Source of the DNA: Eledone cirrhosa
Lineage: Eukaryota
DNA: 64,000 nt
Direction of reading: 5' to 3'
NCBI GenBank assembly: GCA_964016885.1
Contig: OZ024741.1
Span: 179,738,001 to 179,802,000 of the forward strand
Shown here: in pieces, positions 28,535-39,952 of the stretch
Position numbering within the stretch: the first letter of the stretch is position 1
Layout: every line of letters begins with the position of its first letter
Program-made: the position numbers and the translations under genes
Notes under the pieces: generated by a model
Told to the model about the DNA's origin: nothing
The model's input: the letters and a program-made list of their open reading frames with translations, nothing else
Database searches by the model: none

Positions 28535-28950
28535 CAGTCTGAGATTGGTGTGGAAGTCGGACTTTCGCAAAGACTTGAAGAGCCGTCTCTTCATCGCTAC
28601 AGTGGAGTCTGTGCTGCTGTACGGGTCTGAGACTGGGACACTGACCAAAAGACTTACTCATATGGTGGATGGGTGCTACACTAGAATGCTGTGAATGGCT
28701 CTGAACATTAATCAGTATTCACTGAGGATAAAGAACTCAAAGCTGTACGGGCACCTCCCAAAAAGTTAGCTCGAAAGTAACACAGAGGAAACTGAGGTTA
28801 GCTGGATAGGCTCACCGACATTCAGACTTGACACTGCACTCAGTGGTCCTGTGGGAGCCCCTATACGGACATACTGGAAGAGGGAGACCAAGGATGAAAG
28901 ACAGAGACCGCTGGAGAGAACTCGTCGATGGATCTCGGGAATTTTACCCT
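28535..28950 (+). pseudogene. RTE-like LINE C-terminal fragment (stops, frameshift, deletion)
   Basis: LKSRLFIATVESVLLYGSET...DGCYTRML; paralogue of 30800-31258. Confidence 0.85.
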
Positions 28951-28983
<33 letters not shown>

Positions 28984-28989
<6 letters not shown>

Positions 28990-29192
28990 AAAAAGTATGA
29001 CCCCGACGGCAGAGCTCAAGCCGTTTCGACGGCTATTTCTGGACCCAGAAATAGCCAGAAATAGCCGTCTAAACGGCTTGAGCTCTGCCGTCGGGGTCAT
29101 ACTTTTTCCTATTTCCCACTCTACTACCCTAAGTATTGAGTACTCTGGTGCGTTATGGTCCATCTGGTTCCTTACCACAATTCTTTTGTCAT
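28984..29192 (+). mobile_element. Family D fold-back element
   Basis: ~55-bp inverted arms 28985-29042/29054-29112, (TA)n flanks. Confidence 0.8.
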
Positions 29193-29217
29193 ATATATAT
29201 ATATATATATATATATA

Positions 29218-29482
29218 CAGGGTGGGCCAGAATTCATAACTCGCTTGTTAGTTATATTTTTTGACATGCTTATTTTATTGTTATTGTATTCGTTTAATTT
29301 ATTATTTTATTTCTTAATATGCCTCACAGGTTTTTTTAATCTATTTTTCTAAATTTGTTTAACCGTGGCACATCCTTTGCTAAGGCTTTGAAAAACGTGT
29401 TCAATGTGTAAGATTATTTGTTTTATAACATCTTGTGTTAATAGATCTATAAATAATCAAGTGAGTCATGAATTCTGGCCCA

Positions 29483-29487
<5 letters not shown>
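29218..29487. mobile_element. Tc1/mariner MITE inserted in (TA)n
   Basis: TIRs cagggtgggccagaattcataactcgcttg/caagtgagtcatgaattctggcccacattg, TA TSD. Confidence 0.85.
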
Positions 29488-29555
<68 letters not shown>

Positions 29556-29775
29556 TATGTACACGTGCATACATATATGTATACAGACGTACAGTAGTAT
29601 GTATATATATATACATACATGCACATATATATATATATATATGTACGTATGGATTCACCGAACATTTATTATAATGCTCGGTGTGTTTGTAAACAAACAT
29701 CCCGTATTAAGCCGTAGTGTCTAGCAACCATCGTTGCTCGTTTGTTCAACACTGAAATTTCGTTTCATTTTTTTC

Positions 29776-29851
<76 letters not shown>

Positions 29852-29924
29852 GAGCGGAACAAGTAAACATTAAACAGTCTTTTAAATAAATTAAAATACG
29901 ATTTAAATAGTCACCTGATCTAGT

Positions 29925-30004
29925 GCTGTGACCGACGGTTTCGCTTATCAAAAGATTGGAAATTCAGATAATTTCCAATGGAAAGAATCAGCTCTTCAGA
30001 CAGC
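29925..30004 (-). ncRNA. Type I hammerhead ribozyme (H5)
   Basis: rc gctgt-CTGAAGA-[gct..attggaaatt/aatttccaat..agc]-GAAA-ccgtcgg-TC-acagc. Confidence 0.85.
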
Positions 30005-30249
30005 TATTTCCATACCACAGGGCACAAAAGCCTTGTGTTAGTAAATATATTGCTTTCTGCCCAATGTATGAGGTCAGGCCGATAAAGTGACCTACACATA
30101 AATAGGCCGTTAGGAAAAAGCGGGAATTATAGACTTGTTGAAATTTCATGTTACTAGAAATAGCAGCACGATACAACATTTTTTTCTCTACATAAAGGAG
30201 AATACAAATAAATGATATAAATATTCCAGTAGGTACTAAGTACCCACGG

Positions 30250-30298
<49 letters not shown>

Positions 30299-30375
30299 GT
30301 ATTTCCATAGGAAAGGTACAGGTGTAGGCTACAGAGCTTATTAGTTATGTAATAAACAACATAAGATAATTATTT

Positions 30376-30433
30376 CATTTACCAGTGGTTTCTTGAAGGT
30401 AGATATTTATATCTGTCTTCAGTCGTCAGAATA
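30376..30433 (-). ncRNA. Type I hammerhead ribozyme (H6) within hairpin 30342-30499
   Basis: rc tatt-CTGACGA-ctgaagacagatat aa atatctaccttcaa-GAAA-ccactgg-TA-aatg. Confidence 0.7.
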
Positions 30434-30493
30434 AATATCTGCCTTCAAGAAAACACTGGTAAATGAAATAATTATCTTATGTTGTTTATTACA

Positions 30494-30539
<46 letters not shown>

Positions 30540-30542
<3 letters not shown>

Positions 30543-30714
30543 CGAAGGAAATGTGGTAAGGAACCTGGTGGACCATAACGCACCAAAGTACTCAATACTT
30601 AGAGTAGTAGAGTGGGTAATAGGAACGAGTAGGACCCCGACGGCTAATTCGACGGCTAATTCCAGAATTAGCCGTCGAAACGGCTTGAGCTCAGCCGTCG
30701 GGGTCCTACTCGTT

Positions 30715-30720
<6 letters not shown>
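30540..30720 (-). mobile_element. Family D fold-back element
   Basis: Reverse orientation of 28984-29192; (TA)n flanks. Confidence 0.8.
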
Positions 30721-30780
<60 letters not shown>

Positions 30781-30799
30781 TATATATGTGTGTGTGTAA

Positions 30800-31258
30800 G
30801 TGTGTAAAGACCTGAAGATCCGCCTCTTCATAGCTGTAGTGGAGTCTGTGCTGCTGTACGGGTCTGAGACTTGGACACTGACCAAGAAACTCACTCAGAT
30901 GGGGGATGGGTGCTACACGAGAATGCTGAGGATGGCTCTGAACATTAATCAGTATAGACTGAGGATGAAGAACTCAGAGCTGTACGGGAGCCTCCCAAAA
31001 GTCAGCTCGAAAGTGACACAGAGGAGACTGAGGTTGGCTGGACATGCTCACCGACATCCAGAGTTGACACTGCACTCAGTGCTCCTGTGGGAACCCCTGC
31101 ATGGACACACTGGAAGAGGAAGACCGAGGTTAACATATGTTGATACCCTAAGGAAAGACACTGGTCTCTGGGAGACGCAGGACATGGCAGCGATAATGAG
31201 GGACAGAGACCGCTGGAGAGAACTCGTTCGTGGATCTCGGGAATTTTACTCGCCCTAG
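30800..31258 (+). pseudogene. 5'-truncated RTE-like LINE, open C-terminal 150 aa
   Basis: KIRLFIAVVESVLLYGSETWTLT...RRLRLAGHAHRH...GRGRPRLTYVDTL. Confidence 0.88.
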
Positions 31259-31352
31259 ATATAAATCGAAACAAAAACATCTAGATTTCGTTGTTCCGTA
31301 AAAGCTGAGGAAATTAGATCGAACAAATCTTATTCCAGAGCATATTCATACG

Positions 31353-31532
31353 ATAATTGTTTCTACTTTTGGCACAAGGCCAGCAATTACCCAGTGTATT
31401 ACTGGTACTTTATTTTATCGACCCTGTAAGGATGAAAGGCAAAGTTAACCTCGGCAGGATTTGAACTCAGATCGTAAAGGGACGTAACTACACTGGAAAG
31501 CATGTCTGCCCCTCTACCAATACTGCCAATTC
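31353..31532 (-). mobile_element. SINE family A
   Basis: Consensus match; TSD catacgataat. Confidence 0.9.
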
Positions 31533-31576
31533 ACATACGATAATATTACAGAAACAGCATTAATTATGTATTGTAA

Positions 31577-32103
31577 TCTAAACTATAATAAAGGAAGGTC
31601 TGCGGGACTGCGTACGGTTTATTTTTTTTATCCCGTTAGAAAAATAAGTTGGATTACTTTGAATAAATAATGAATGAATATTACATAATTTATCTACTAC
31701 ATTTCGTAAACAAAAATAATTTCTTAAAAATAAATAATTTAAAATTGACTTTTTTTCAAAGTTGCACTTCCAGTATATCGTTGCCACCACCACCACTTCA
31801 ACTACCATATACTGTATATAGAAAGAGAGAGTGTGTGATGTCAACACTTACGGTGGCGATCACTTAAATAAACATACTCTTTTTCTGTCACTAATTTTCT
31901 CCTAATGCAGTTTATATATAATATCGTCTTTTTTTTAATGTATCATGGATTACGTTACTGTTTACATAAGACAGTGTAACACAGTCTTCGTTCAATTTCT
32001 GTTATTGTCAATTACGATTTTATTTGATGTATATATATATAATATCAATATGCACACTACATATGCTAGCAGAAAACCACAAGAAGGGTGGTTTTTCTGC
32101 TAG
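31577..32103 (+). mobile_element. Non-autonomous Helitron, copy 3
   Basis: A^TCTAAACTATAATAAAG ... hairpin-CTAG^T. Confidence 0.82.
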
Positions 32104-32361
32104 TACATATAACAAGGCAGAAAATAATCAAAATATAAAATTATTACTTACATTACTAATTATACCTATACAAGGCGAGTCATAAGTAACCGGAAAGTCC
32201 AACATTTATATTCCAAATGATAATATTTACAAAAATTCTGGTCATACATTACGAAATTATAAATACAGGGGCGGTGGAAGCATTTCTTAATGAGGTGGGG
32301 GAAAATTTGGTCAATTTAATTGTAGGGATTAGTTTAGCTGTTATTATCAAATAAGATATAA

Positions 32362-32563
32362 GGGCGGTGGATTGGTAGTATCGGTAGAGGGTCGGACGCC
32401 ATGCTTTGCAGCATAAAGTTACGGCCCATTAAGTTCTGACAGGTTTGCCTTCCATCCTTACGGGGTCGATAAAATAAAATACCAGTAACGCACTGGTGTC
32501 GATTTAATCGACTTTCCCCCTTTCCCAAAATTGCTGGCCTTGTGCCTATATAAGAAGCCATTA
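32362..32563 (+). mobile_element. SINE family A variant
   Basis: gggcggtggattggtagtatcgg head; TSD ttatcaa(at/cc)aagatataa. Confidence 0.85.
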
Positions 32564-32867
32564 TCAACCAAGATATAAAAAAAACTTCGATATGCGATAA
32601 ACATAACATGTACATAAATTGTAGCTCCTATACAAATAGATGTATATTTTGGAAGTTTGGGGAGAAAAATACAATTATGCATAAAACAAAAGTAGTTAAA
32701 AATATATAATTAAAGTGTTCGAAAAGCCGATTCTGCTCTTCCATACATATTAAAGTGGATATTGAAAAAGTTATCTGTGAACCTTACAAAAGCAAAAAAG
32801 CAAAAAAAAAAGAAAAGAAAAATGCATATTGACTACAAGGTTACTTATGACTCACTCTGTCTGTTTG

Positions 32868-33189
<322 letters not shown>

Positions 33190-33190
33190 C

Positions 33191-33600
33191 ATGGTGGTTG
33201 CCAACTCGTTTTCGAGTACAGCCACTACTTTATATCCATGTAGGAGAACCCCTACCGATGCGCTGAACGAGTGTGACTTTTTAGTCCAGCCAGCGACTTG
33301 AAAACTCTGGTACAAACACTACACTTGTGACAATTATTGACACATAGTGCTTTGCCTTTGGTACCATGTGACGACAAGTGCAGAGAGATCTCCAGATACA
33401 AAGCAATGCCTGTGCCGTGAAGCTTTTATAGTGAGCAAAGGCACTGCACAAAACCAGTCCCACTCTCTTAACCAAGATGATATTTACCAAAAAGAAGAAC
33501 AAGTCAACATCATTGGATACCATCAGGGTTGCAGGTGTTATATCAGAGTTTTCTTTCTCCTAGAATTCTGCCTTGACAAAGGCTAAGGGGTCATCTCTCC
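33191..33600. repeat. Dispersed ~410-bp repeat, copy 1 (unclassified; possibly derived from a LINE UTR)
   Basis: Near-identical to 44635-45042. Confidence 0.85.
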
Positions 33601-33690
33601 CAGTGATTTTGGATGGCCATTGACTCTTAAGAGCTCCTTTGCCCTTTGACAGGTTTTGTTTATATACATACATATATATATACATACATG

Positions 33691-33816
<126 letters not shown>

Positions 33817-33829
33817 TACATATATATAT

Positions 33830-33900
<71 letters not shown>

Positions 33901-34155
33901 TTTATATTTCCATATATACGGATCAACCAACGGATTAAGCATGGACTTTGAATTACTGGAATTTTTTTTATTGTTAATCTCTACATTAATCTTCCTTGAC
34001 CTTCCCTCCACTTTATACACCTTCTTATCTCTATCACCTTTCCTTCCCTTTCTTCCACTCACACGTGCCTCAATCCCCCACCATTCCTAATCAAACAAAT
34101 TTACCCGCCACCTCTATACATGTATTCACCACTACAGCGGTACATACGCGCACAC

Positions 34156-34280
<125 letters not shown>

Positions 34281-34530
34281 ATGCGGTTGACACAACATAC
34301 ACACTCACATGTCACTCATTTTTATTATCTTTTATCTATGAACGCCATCTCTGTGTTACTTCTACTCTCTGAACCACATCTTTGTATTTCTCTACTCGTG
34401 ATGAAATGATGAAAGACTAACGTCCGACACGTTGCGCTTTTGGAAGCGTGAACCTAATAAGACTATTGTTGTTGTATTTCTGTGATTGTCCTTTTTAGAA
34501 CTATATATATTTATATACACGTGTGCCTAT

Positions 34531-34601
<71 letters not shown>

Positions 34602-34617
34602 GGTGTGTATGTGTGTC

Positions 34618-34708
<91 letters not shown>

Positions 34709-34854
34709 GTAAAGTTATATTTAAAATTGTTGGGTTACAACTAGTAAATATTTATAACTGATATAAATATATATATATATATATGCAAAAGTTCTATTTA
34801 AATTGTTGGGATACAACAAGTAAATATTTTTATAACTGACATAAAGCACTCGAC

Positions 34855-34918
34855 ATTTTGTCTGATGAAGGCATACCATAATTTAATTTGGTATCCCTGA
34901 AATATGTATAAGGAAATA
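34855..34918 (+). ncRNA. Minimal type I hammerhead ribozyme (H2)
   Basis: attttgt-CTGATGA-aggcatacca..tggtatccct-GAAA-tatgta-TA-aggaaata, in (TA)n-flanked element 34783-34960. Confidence 0.78.
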
Positions 34919-34958
34919 AATATGGTTTTATAAATATAGTTTCCATTTATTAATATCG

Positions 34959-34989
<31 letters not shown>

Positions 34990-35146
34990 ATAGGTGGTTT
35001 GAAATAGCAATGTATATATGAATGTATGTATGGTATATTTGGCAATATACTGTATGTTTAATTAAAAACATTTAGAAGACCATTCGCTATCAGTTTTAAA
35101 GTGGTGACTATGTCACTTACTTCTTTTCGGCGAAAGAAGGGAGAGA

Positions 35147-35188
35147 AGCTGACAGTCTGTTTCACGCTGGTTGGCGTTTATCAGAGCC
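35147..35188 (-). ncRNA. Hammerhead motif (H7) with G8A core change
   Basis: rc ggct-CTGATAA-acgc caacca gcgt-GAAA-cagactg-TC-agct. Confidence 0.6.
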
Positions 35189-35373
35189 ACGCACTCCTCC
35201 TGCTTCCGCCGAAAATTATAGAAACTGGATTCTTATAGAATTCCAGTAATAATCAGGAGCTGATTATACAGAGCGATTGCCGGTCCAGCAAAAATTAGGT
35301 ATTAGGATTGTTTCTCTGAATTAGCGATGTATACATGAATGTATGTATTTTTGCCAAATATACCATACATACA

Positions 35374-35485
<112 letters not shown>

Positions 35486-35515
35486 CACATATATATAAAT
35501 TTATAGCGTTGTTTG

Positions 35516-35700
35516 GCTCAAAAAGAGGTTTCCATAGTTAAGTAGCGAGTTCGCGAGAATTCCTATGCAGGTTATTCTTGGAGTAATAATAGTACAGCCT
35601 ACCATGTTATTCTTGACTCTTTCACTACTATTACTCCAAGAATAACCTGCATAGGAATTCTCGCGAACTCTCTACCTAACTATGGAAACCTCTTGTTGAG
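35516..35700. repeat. Inverted repeat, ~75-bp arms
   Basis: gaggtttccatagtt...gagtaata / tattactc...aactatggaaacctc. Confidence 0.85.
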
Positions 35701-35730
35701 ACAAAAAAAAACGTACGTTAAAACTATCCG

Positions 35731-35799
35731 CAATACAGAGTACTCACAACCTCTAAATTGATTACCTTAAACAATAACTTGTTATCCCATATATAAATT

Positions 35800-35830
<31 letters not shown>

Positions 35831-35888
35831 GGGATAACAAGTTATCGTTATAGGTAATCCAGTTAGAGGTTGTGAGTACTCTGTATTG
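35731..35888. repeat. Inverted repeat centred on (TA)n
   Basis: caatacagagtactcacaacctcta / tagaggttgtgagtactctgtattg. Confidence 0.85.
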
Positions 35889-36059
35889 TGGAAGCTGGCA
35901 ATATAGGCACCCGGCAGAACCATGTGGAGGAAAAGAATGGTGGACCCAGTAACCCAAACAGACCCAGCCCCCCCCCCCCCCCCACCGGGCCCGGGGGAGG
36001 ACCACCATATAATACGCAACGGGAACCCCACATTAGGCACGCGGAGGTCAACCACCTCC

Positions 36060-36680
36060 TGCAACTGCAGAAACCCAGCATTATGTCCCCTTAGTAAAGG
36101 GCGGTGGATTGGCAGTATTGGGAGAGGGTCGGACGCCATGCTTTGACGTATAGAGTTACGGCTCTTGCCATTCTGAGTTCAAATCCCGCCGAGGTTAACT
36201 TTGCCTTTCATCCTTACGGGGTCGATAAAATAAAGTACCAGTAATGCACTGGGTAATTGCTGGCCTTGTGCCTAACGTAGAAACAATTATGTTCCCTTAG
36301 TAATGAATGCCTAAGGAAGAACTTAATATACGGATGTAGAGTAAAAACTCCCAACTCTGAACACCTTTACATATGAGCCACATCAACGAGCTTTAAGGAC
36401 CGATGGTATAACCACCGCCATTCCTTTAACAGAGAGGGCAAAAGGAAAAGTACGGCTCTTCCCGAACTGATCTGGAAGCTGAAGCTGGACAGGACCCCGT
36501 ACTCTCTGGCCTGGTCCAAAATCAGGAAAGTACCACCTGATAAAGGGGGATCTGGCATCTGCAAACTATGTCTGAGCGAGACCCTCGAGATACTCAGCGG
36601 TGGAAGCAGCCTGATACACCTCAGGACTGACTTCTTCGGGACATGTAGACACCTCAGGGCCGGGACCTTCCTCAAGCTAT
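36060..36680 (+). pseudogene. Penelope-like element GIY-YIG endonuclease, interrupted by a SINE
   Basis: CNCRNPALCPLS|NECLRKNLIYGC...LYI*ATSTSFKDRWYNHRHSF...STALPELIWKLK...CKLCLSE...GTCRH. Confidence 0.85.
36099..36290 (+). mobile_element. SINE family A, full length
   Basis: A-box tggcagtattgg, B-box gagttcaaatcc; 18-bp TSD attatgt(c/t)cccttagtaa at 36080 and 36286. Confidence 0.93.
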
Positions 36681-36885
36681 ATGGACAATAACAACACACT
36701 GGGAGGGGAACTTCCCTCAAGCTATAGGGACTTCTCCGGGACATGTAGACACCCCAGGCCCGGACCTCCCTCAAGCTATATGAACAATAACAACACTTTG
36801 GGATGGGAACTTCCCTCAAGCTATAGGGACTTCCCCGGGACATGTAGACACCTCAGGGCCGGGACCTTCCTCAAGCTATAGGGAC
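36629..36885 (+). repeat. ~100-bp tandem repeat of the PLE ORF end (2.5 copies)
   Basis: cgggacatgtagacacc...cctcaagctata three times. Confidence 0.85.
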
Positions 36886-37038
36886 AGTAGCCCCGCCACA
36901 CCGAGCCCACGGTAAACCACCCCTTACACTTTCACCTACCCTACCCTTGCCTCGATCGACTCCTATGGCAGCACAGACTTATGCATATGTCCATACATAG
37001 ATCCTGTTATTTAAGATTGTACATGCACTGATACTTAC

Positions 37039-37093
<55 letters not shown>

Positions 37094-37651
37094 TGTATGT
37101 GCGAGTATATATATACACATATATATATGGGTGTGTGCGTGTTTGTATAATCTGTGTGTGTGTGGGTGTGTGTGAATACCTGGGCCCGTGTTGGTGCGTG
37201 TGGGCTTGCAACGATGTGGGTTGACATACACGCATATGTACTCTATGCCGAATTAAAAACTGTAGTCCTCTGCATTTCCGGATTTTGACACTCAGGTTAT
37301 GGTGTTTTACACTCCACTCTTGCCTCATTTGCTCTTAAAACGCACCAACCCATGATAGTGTAAAGATCGTAATCCTTTGCATTTCCCGATTCTGACACAT
37401 AGCCTTTATACTTCAGTCAATATTTTCCAAATCTTTCAAACTTTAATATTGGCTATAACACACACGCACTTTATTCTTCTTTGATATTTGATATTGGCTA
37501 TAACAAACACGCATTTTATTCTATTTTATTCATTTATTTTTTTATTTTACTTCTTCATTTTATTGTATCGTATCTTATTATTTTATTATTTATTTTATCT
37601 TATTTTTTTATATTTTATTTCTTCATTTAACCTTATATTATTCCATTATAT

Positions 37652-37840
37652 GGCGGTGGATTGGCAGTATCAGTAGAGAGTCGGACGCCATGCTTTCCAG
37701 CATAGTTACGTCCCTTTACGGTCTGTGTTCAAATCCCGCCGAGGTTAACTTTGCCTTTCATCCTTACGGGGTCGATAAAATAAAGTACCAGTAATGTACT
37801 GGGTAATTGCTGGCCTTGCGCCAAAAGTAGAAACAATTAT
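37652..37840 (+). mobile_element. SINE family A, full length
   Basis: 13-bp TSD attattccattat. Confidence 0.92.
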
Positions 37841-38251
37841 TCCATTATCTGTTTGGCACCCCCCACCACGTGAAAGGGTGGTAGGATTGATGCCAACCCA
37901 CACACACTCATTCTTCTAAAGACAGCAGCAGTAGAATTAAGGCTGACTTGTCAGCTGACCCCCTAACACCAATAAACACAAGGGAGGAGGTCAGCTGTAC
38001 TTAACAAAAACAACCACAACAGATTGTCTTGCCTCATAAAAAAATTTCGCTAGACTTTTGACTGAGGAATGTTCTCATAACTGACCAATGGGAGGAGAGT
38101 GTCCTATGATGCCGAAATTCGTTTGTTCGAATTCATATGATTCCAATTCCTCAGAGAAATAACAACCCAACCAGGAGCTGGACATATCGGAGTATTGACG
38201 GAATAAAACACTTTAACAACATGTGTACCTGTCTCTACCACACCAATTCGA

Positions 38252-38306
38252 ACTGCCTGAAGAGGTCACAGCCAATGATGGCTGTCACCGAAATATATAT
38301 AGCAGT
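38252..38306 (+). ncRNA. Minimal type I hammerhead ribozyme (H8)
   Basis: actgc-CTGAAGA-ggtcacagcca atga tggctgtcacc-GAAA-tatata-TA-gcagt, in repeat 38135-38352. Confidence 0.88.
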
Positions 38307-38355
38307 ACATCTTTAATAAACGAAGCCAAATCTTAAATATTTGACTTAATTACTT

Positions 38356-38413
<58 letters not shown>

Positions 38414-38431
38414 CAATTTAAATATAACTTT

Positions 38432-38466
<35 letters not shown>

Positions 38467-38597
38467 GATAAATCTACCAAGAGTTTACGGTAGTGTCCAA
38501 TCCGTATGAAGAACTCAATGTATTCCGGATATCATGGAAAGAAGAGATGTAATGAAAAATCACTTTCGGTGAAAGATAAACGGAATACAGAGTCAAG

Positions 38598-39026
38598 ATA
38601 AAATATTAAACAAATAATGAATAAAACAATGAAACAGTTCCTTATATTAAACAAAAAAAGTTCATTATTTAACGATCGTTTCTAGGATATATATGTGTTA
38701 GAATTGGCATGCATATTCAACAGATCTATGTACAAAATTATACAAAATTATACAAACTATCAAGATTAAATATACATACCAAACACACATATATGCCGTC
38801 TTCAGAAATAGGCATATTCTGAAGACGGCATATATGTGTGTTTGGTATGTATATTTAATCTTGATAGTTTGTATAATTTTGTATAATTTTGTACATAGAT
38901 CTGTTGAATATGCATGCCAATTCTAACACATATATATCCTAGAAACGATCGTTAAATAATGAACTTTTTTTGTTTAATATAAGGAACTGTTTCATTGTTT
39001 TATTCATTATTTGTTTAATATTTTAT
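38598..39026. repeat. Perfect palindrome: 210-bp arms, 9-nt loop, hammerhead in each arm
   Basis: 38598-38807 is the reverse complement of 38817-39026; tat(t)t-CTGAAGA...GAAA-cgatcg-TT-aaata on both strands. Confidence 0.92.
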
Positions 39027-39431
39027 ATATATATATATATTTTTTATTTATCATTTATTTTGTTTTGACCTGTTTAGCTTGATTTGCTTTTTGGCTTAGG
39101 TGGTTGATGCTTTCTTGACCACTATTTCAGTTTTGTATGGCGTCTTAACATATTGTTTAGCTCTGGTTTTTTAATTATGGACCGCTTGCCAGCGTTATTT
39201 CTGATTTTTGCGTTTCGTTTCGCCTTTTCTACCCGCCGAAATGCGATTCTCGCTAAATCTATATTTGTATATATATATATAAATAAATATATACGGGTGT
39301 GTATAGAAGATTATATTAATAAAAGGAATTCCAACTTTGTTTGATTTACTCGTTTTATTTACAATCCTTTAAAATATATAATGGTATTAGAATGAAATAG
39401 TATGGTAGAATATTAAATATTAAGTGTTAAT

Positions 39432-39470
39432 TGAACAAGTACTTTCATGTTTTCGCAATCTTCAGGTTCA
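39432..39470 (-). ncRNA. Minimal type I hammerhead ribozyme (H9)
   Basis: rc tgaac-CTGAAGA-ttgcgaaaacat-GAAA-gtac-TT-gttca; stem II weak. Confidence 0.7.
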
Positions 39471-39529
39471 TATTCTGTGGTGACAGTCAAGTTTGCAATT
39501 TTCAACTGTAATGAGATGGGTAAATTTTG

Positions 39530-39630
39530 TGCCTTATATACAGGATGCTAAATTTTGCAAACTGTATTTCGACCAATCGGTGTGTAGTTTCACTGGATTA
39601 CTAAAGCTGATTGGTTTAGGCGTCACGGTT
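39530..39630 (-). promoter_or_regulatory. LTR-like promoter module (TGACG, CCAAT boxes, TATATAA) upstream of hammerhead H9
   Basis: rc gtgacgcctaaaCCAATcag...cgATTGGtc...gTATATAAgg, ~65 nt before the ribozyme; AATAAA downstream. Confidence 0.45.
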
Positions 39631-39952
39631 GGTTGAGCATGTCTAACGACTACTGTTTGACCCTATCCAAAGGATCAATTGTTTTGCTATTTTTAGAAAT
39701 GATGAAAATAGCATTTTCTAGTAATCATCACCATCAACATCACTTGTATTATTATTATTGTTGTTGGGTGGGAGTCGACATGACATGGTCGTAGTCATAA
39801 TCATAGTAGTAGTAATACATCATTATTATTGTTCATTTAGCTTGGGCTGGAATTATCAATAAAATTATTTTCTTTGATTTTTCTCTTAATTTCACTTTGG
39901 CTGTGTAATTTGTAGAATGGAAATATTATAAATATTCTCTGACCACATGTTG

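Noticed and set aside
28535-31258. RTE tails adjacent to family D elements twice, suggesting a composite element
   Set aside because: Order and orientation differ between the two cases, and other D copies lack RTE; shared microsatellite neighbourhood explains it
34395-34460. atgatgaaagactaacgtccgacacgtt, related to 9240-9290
   Set aside because: Core too degenerate to call a hammerhead
36099-36195. tRNA gene suggested by A and B boxes
   Set aside because: SINE head: no full cloverleaf, continues into a repeated body with TSDs
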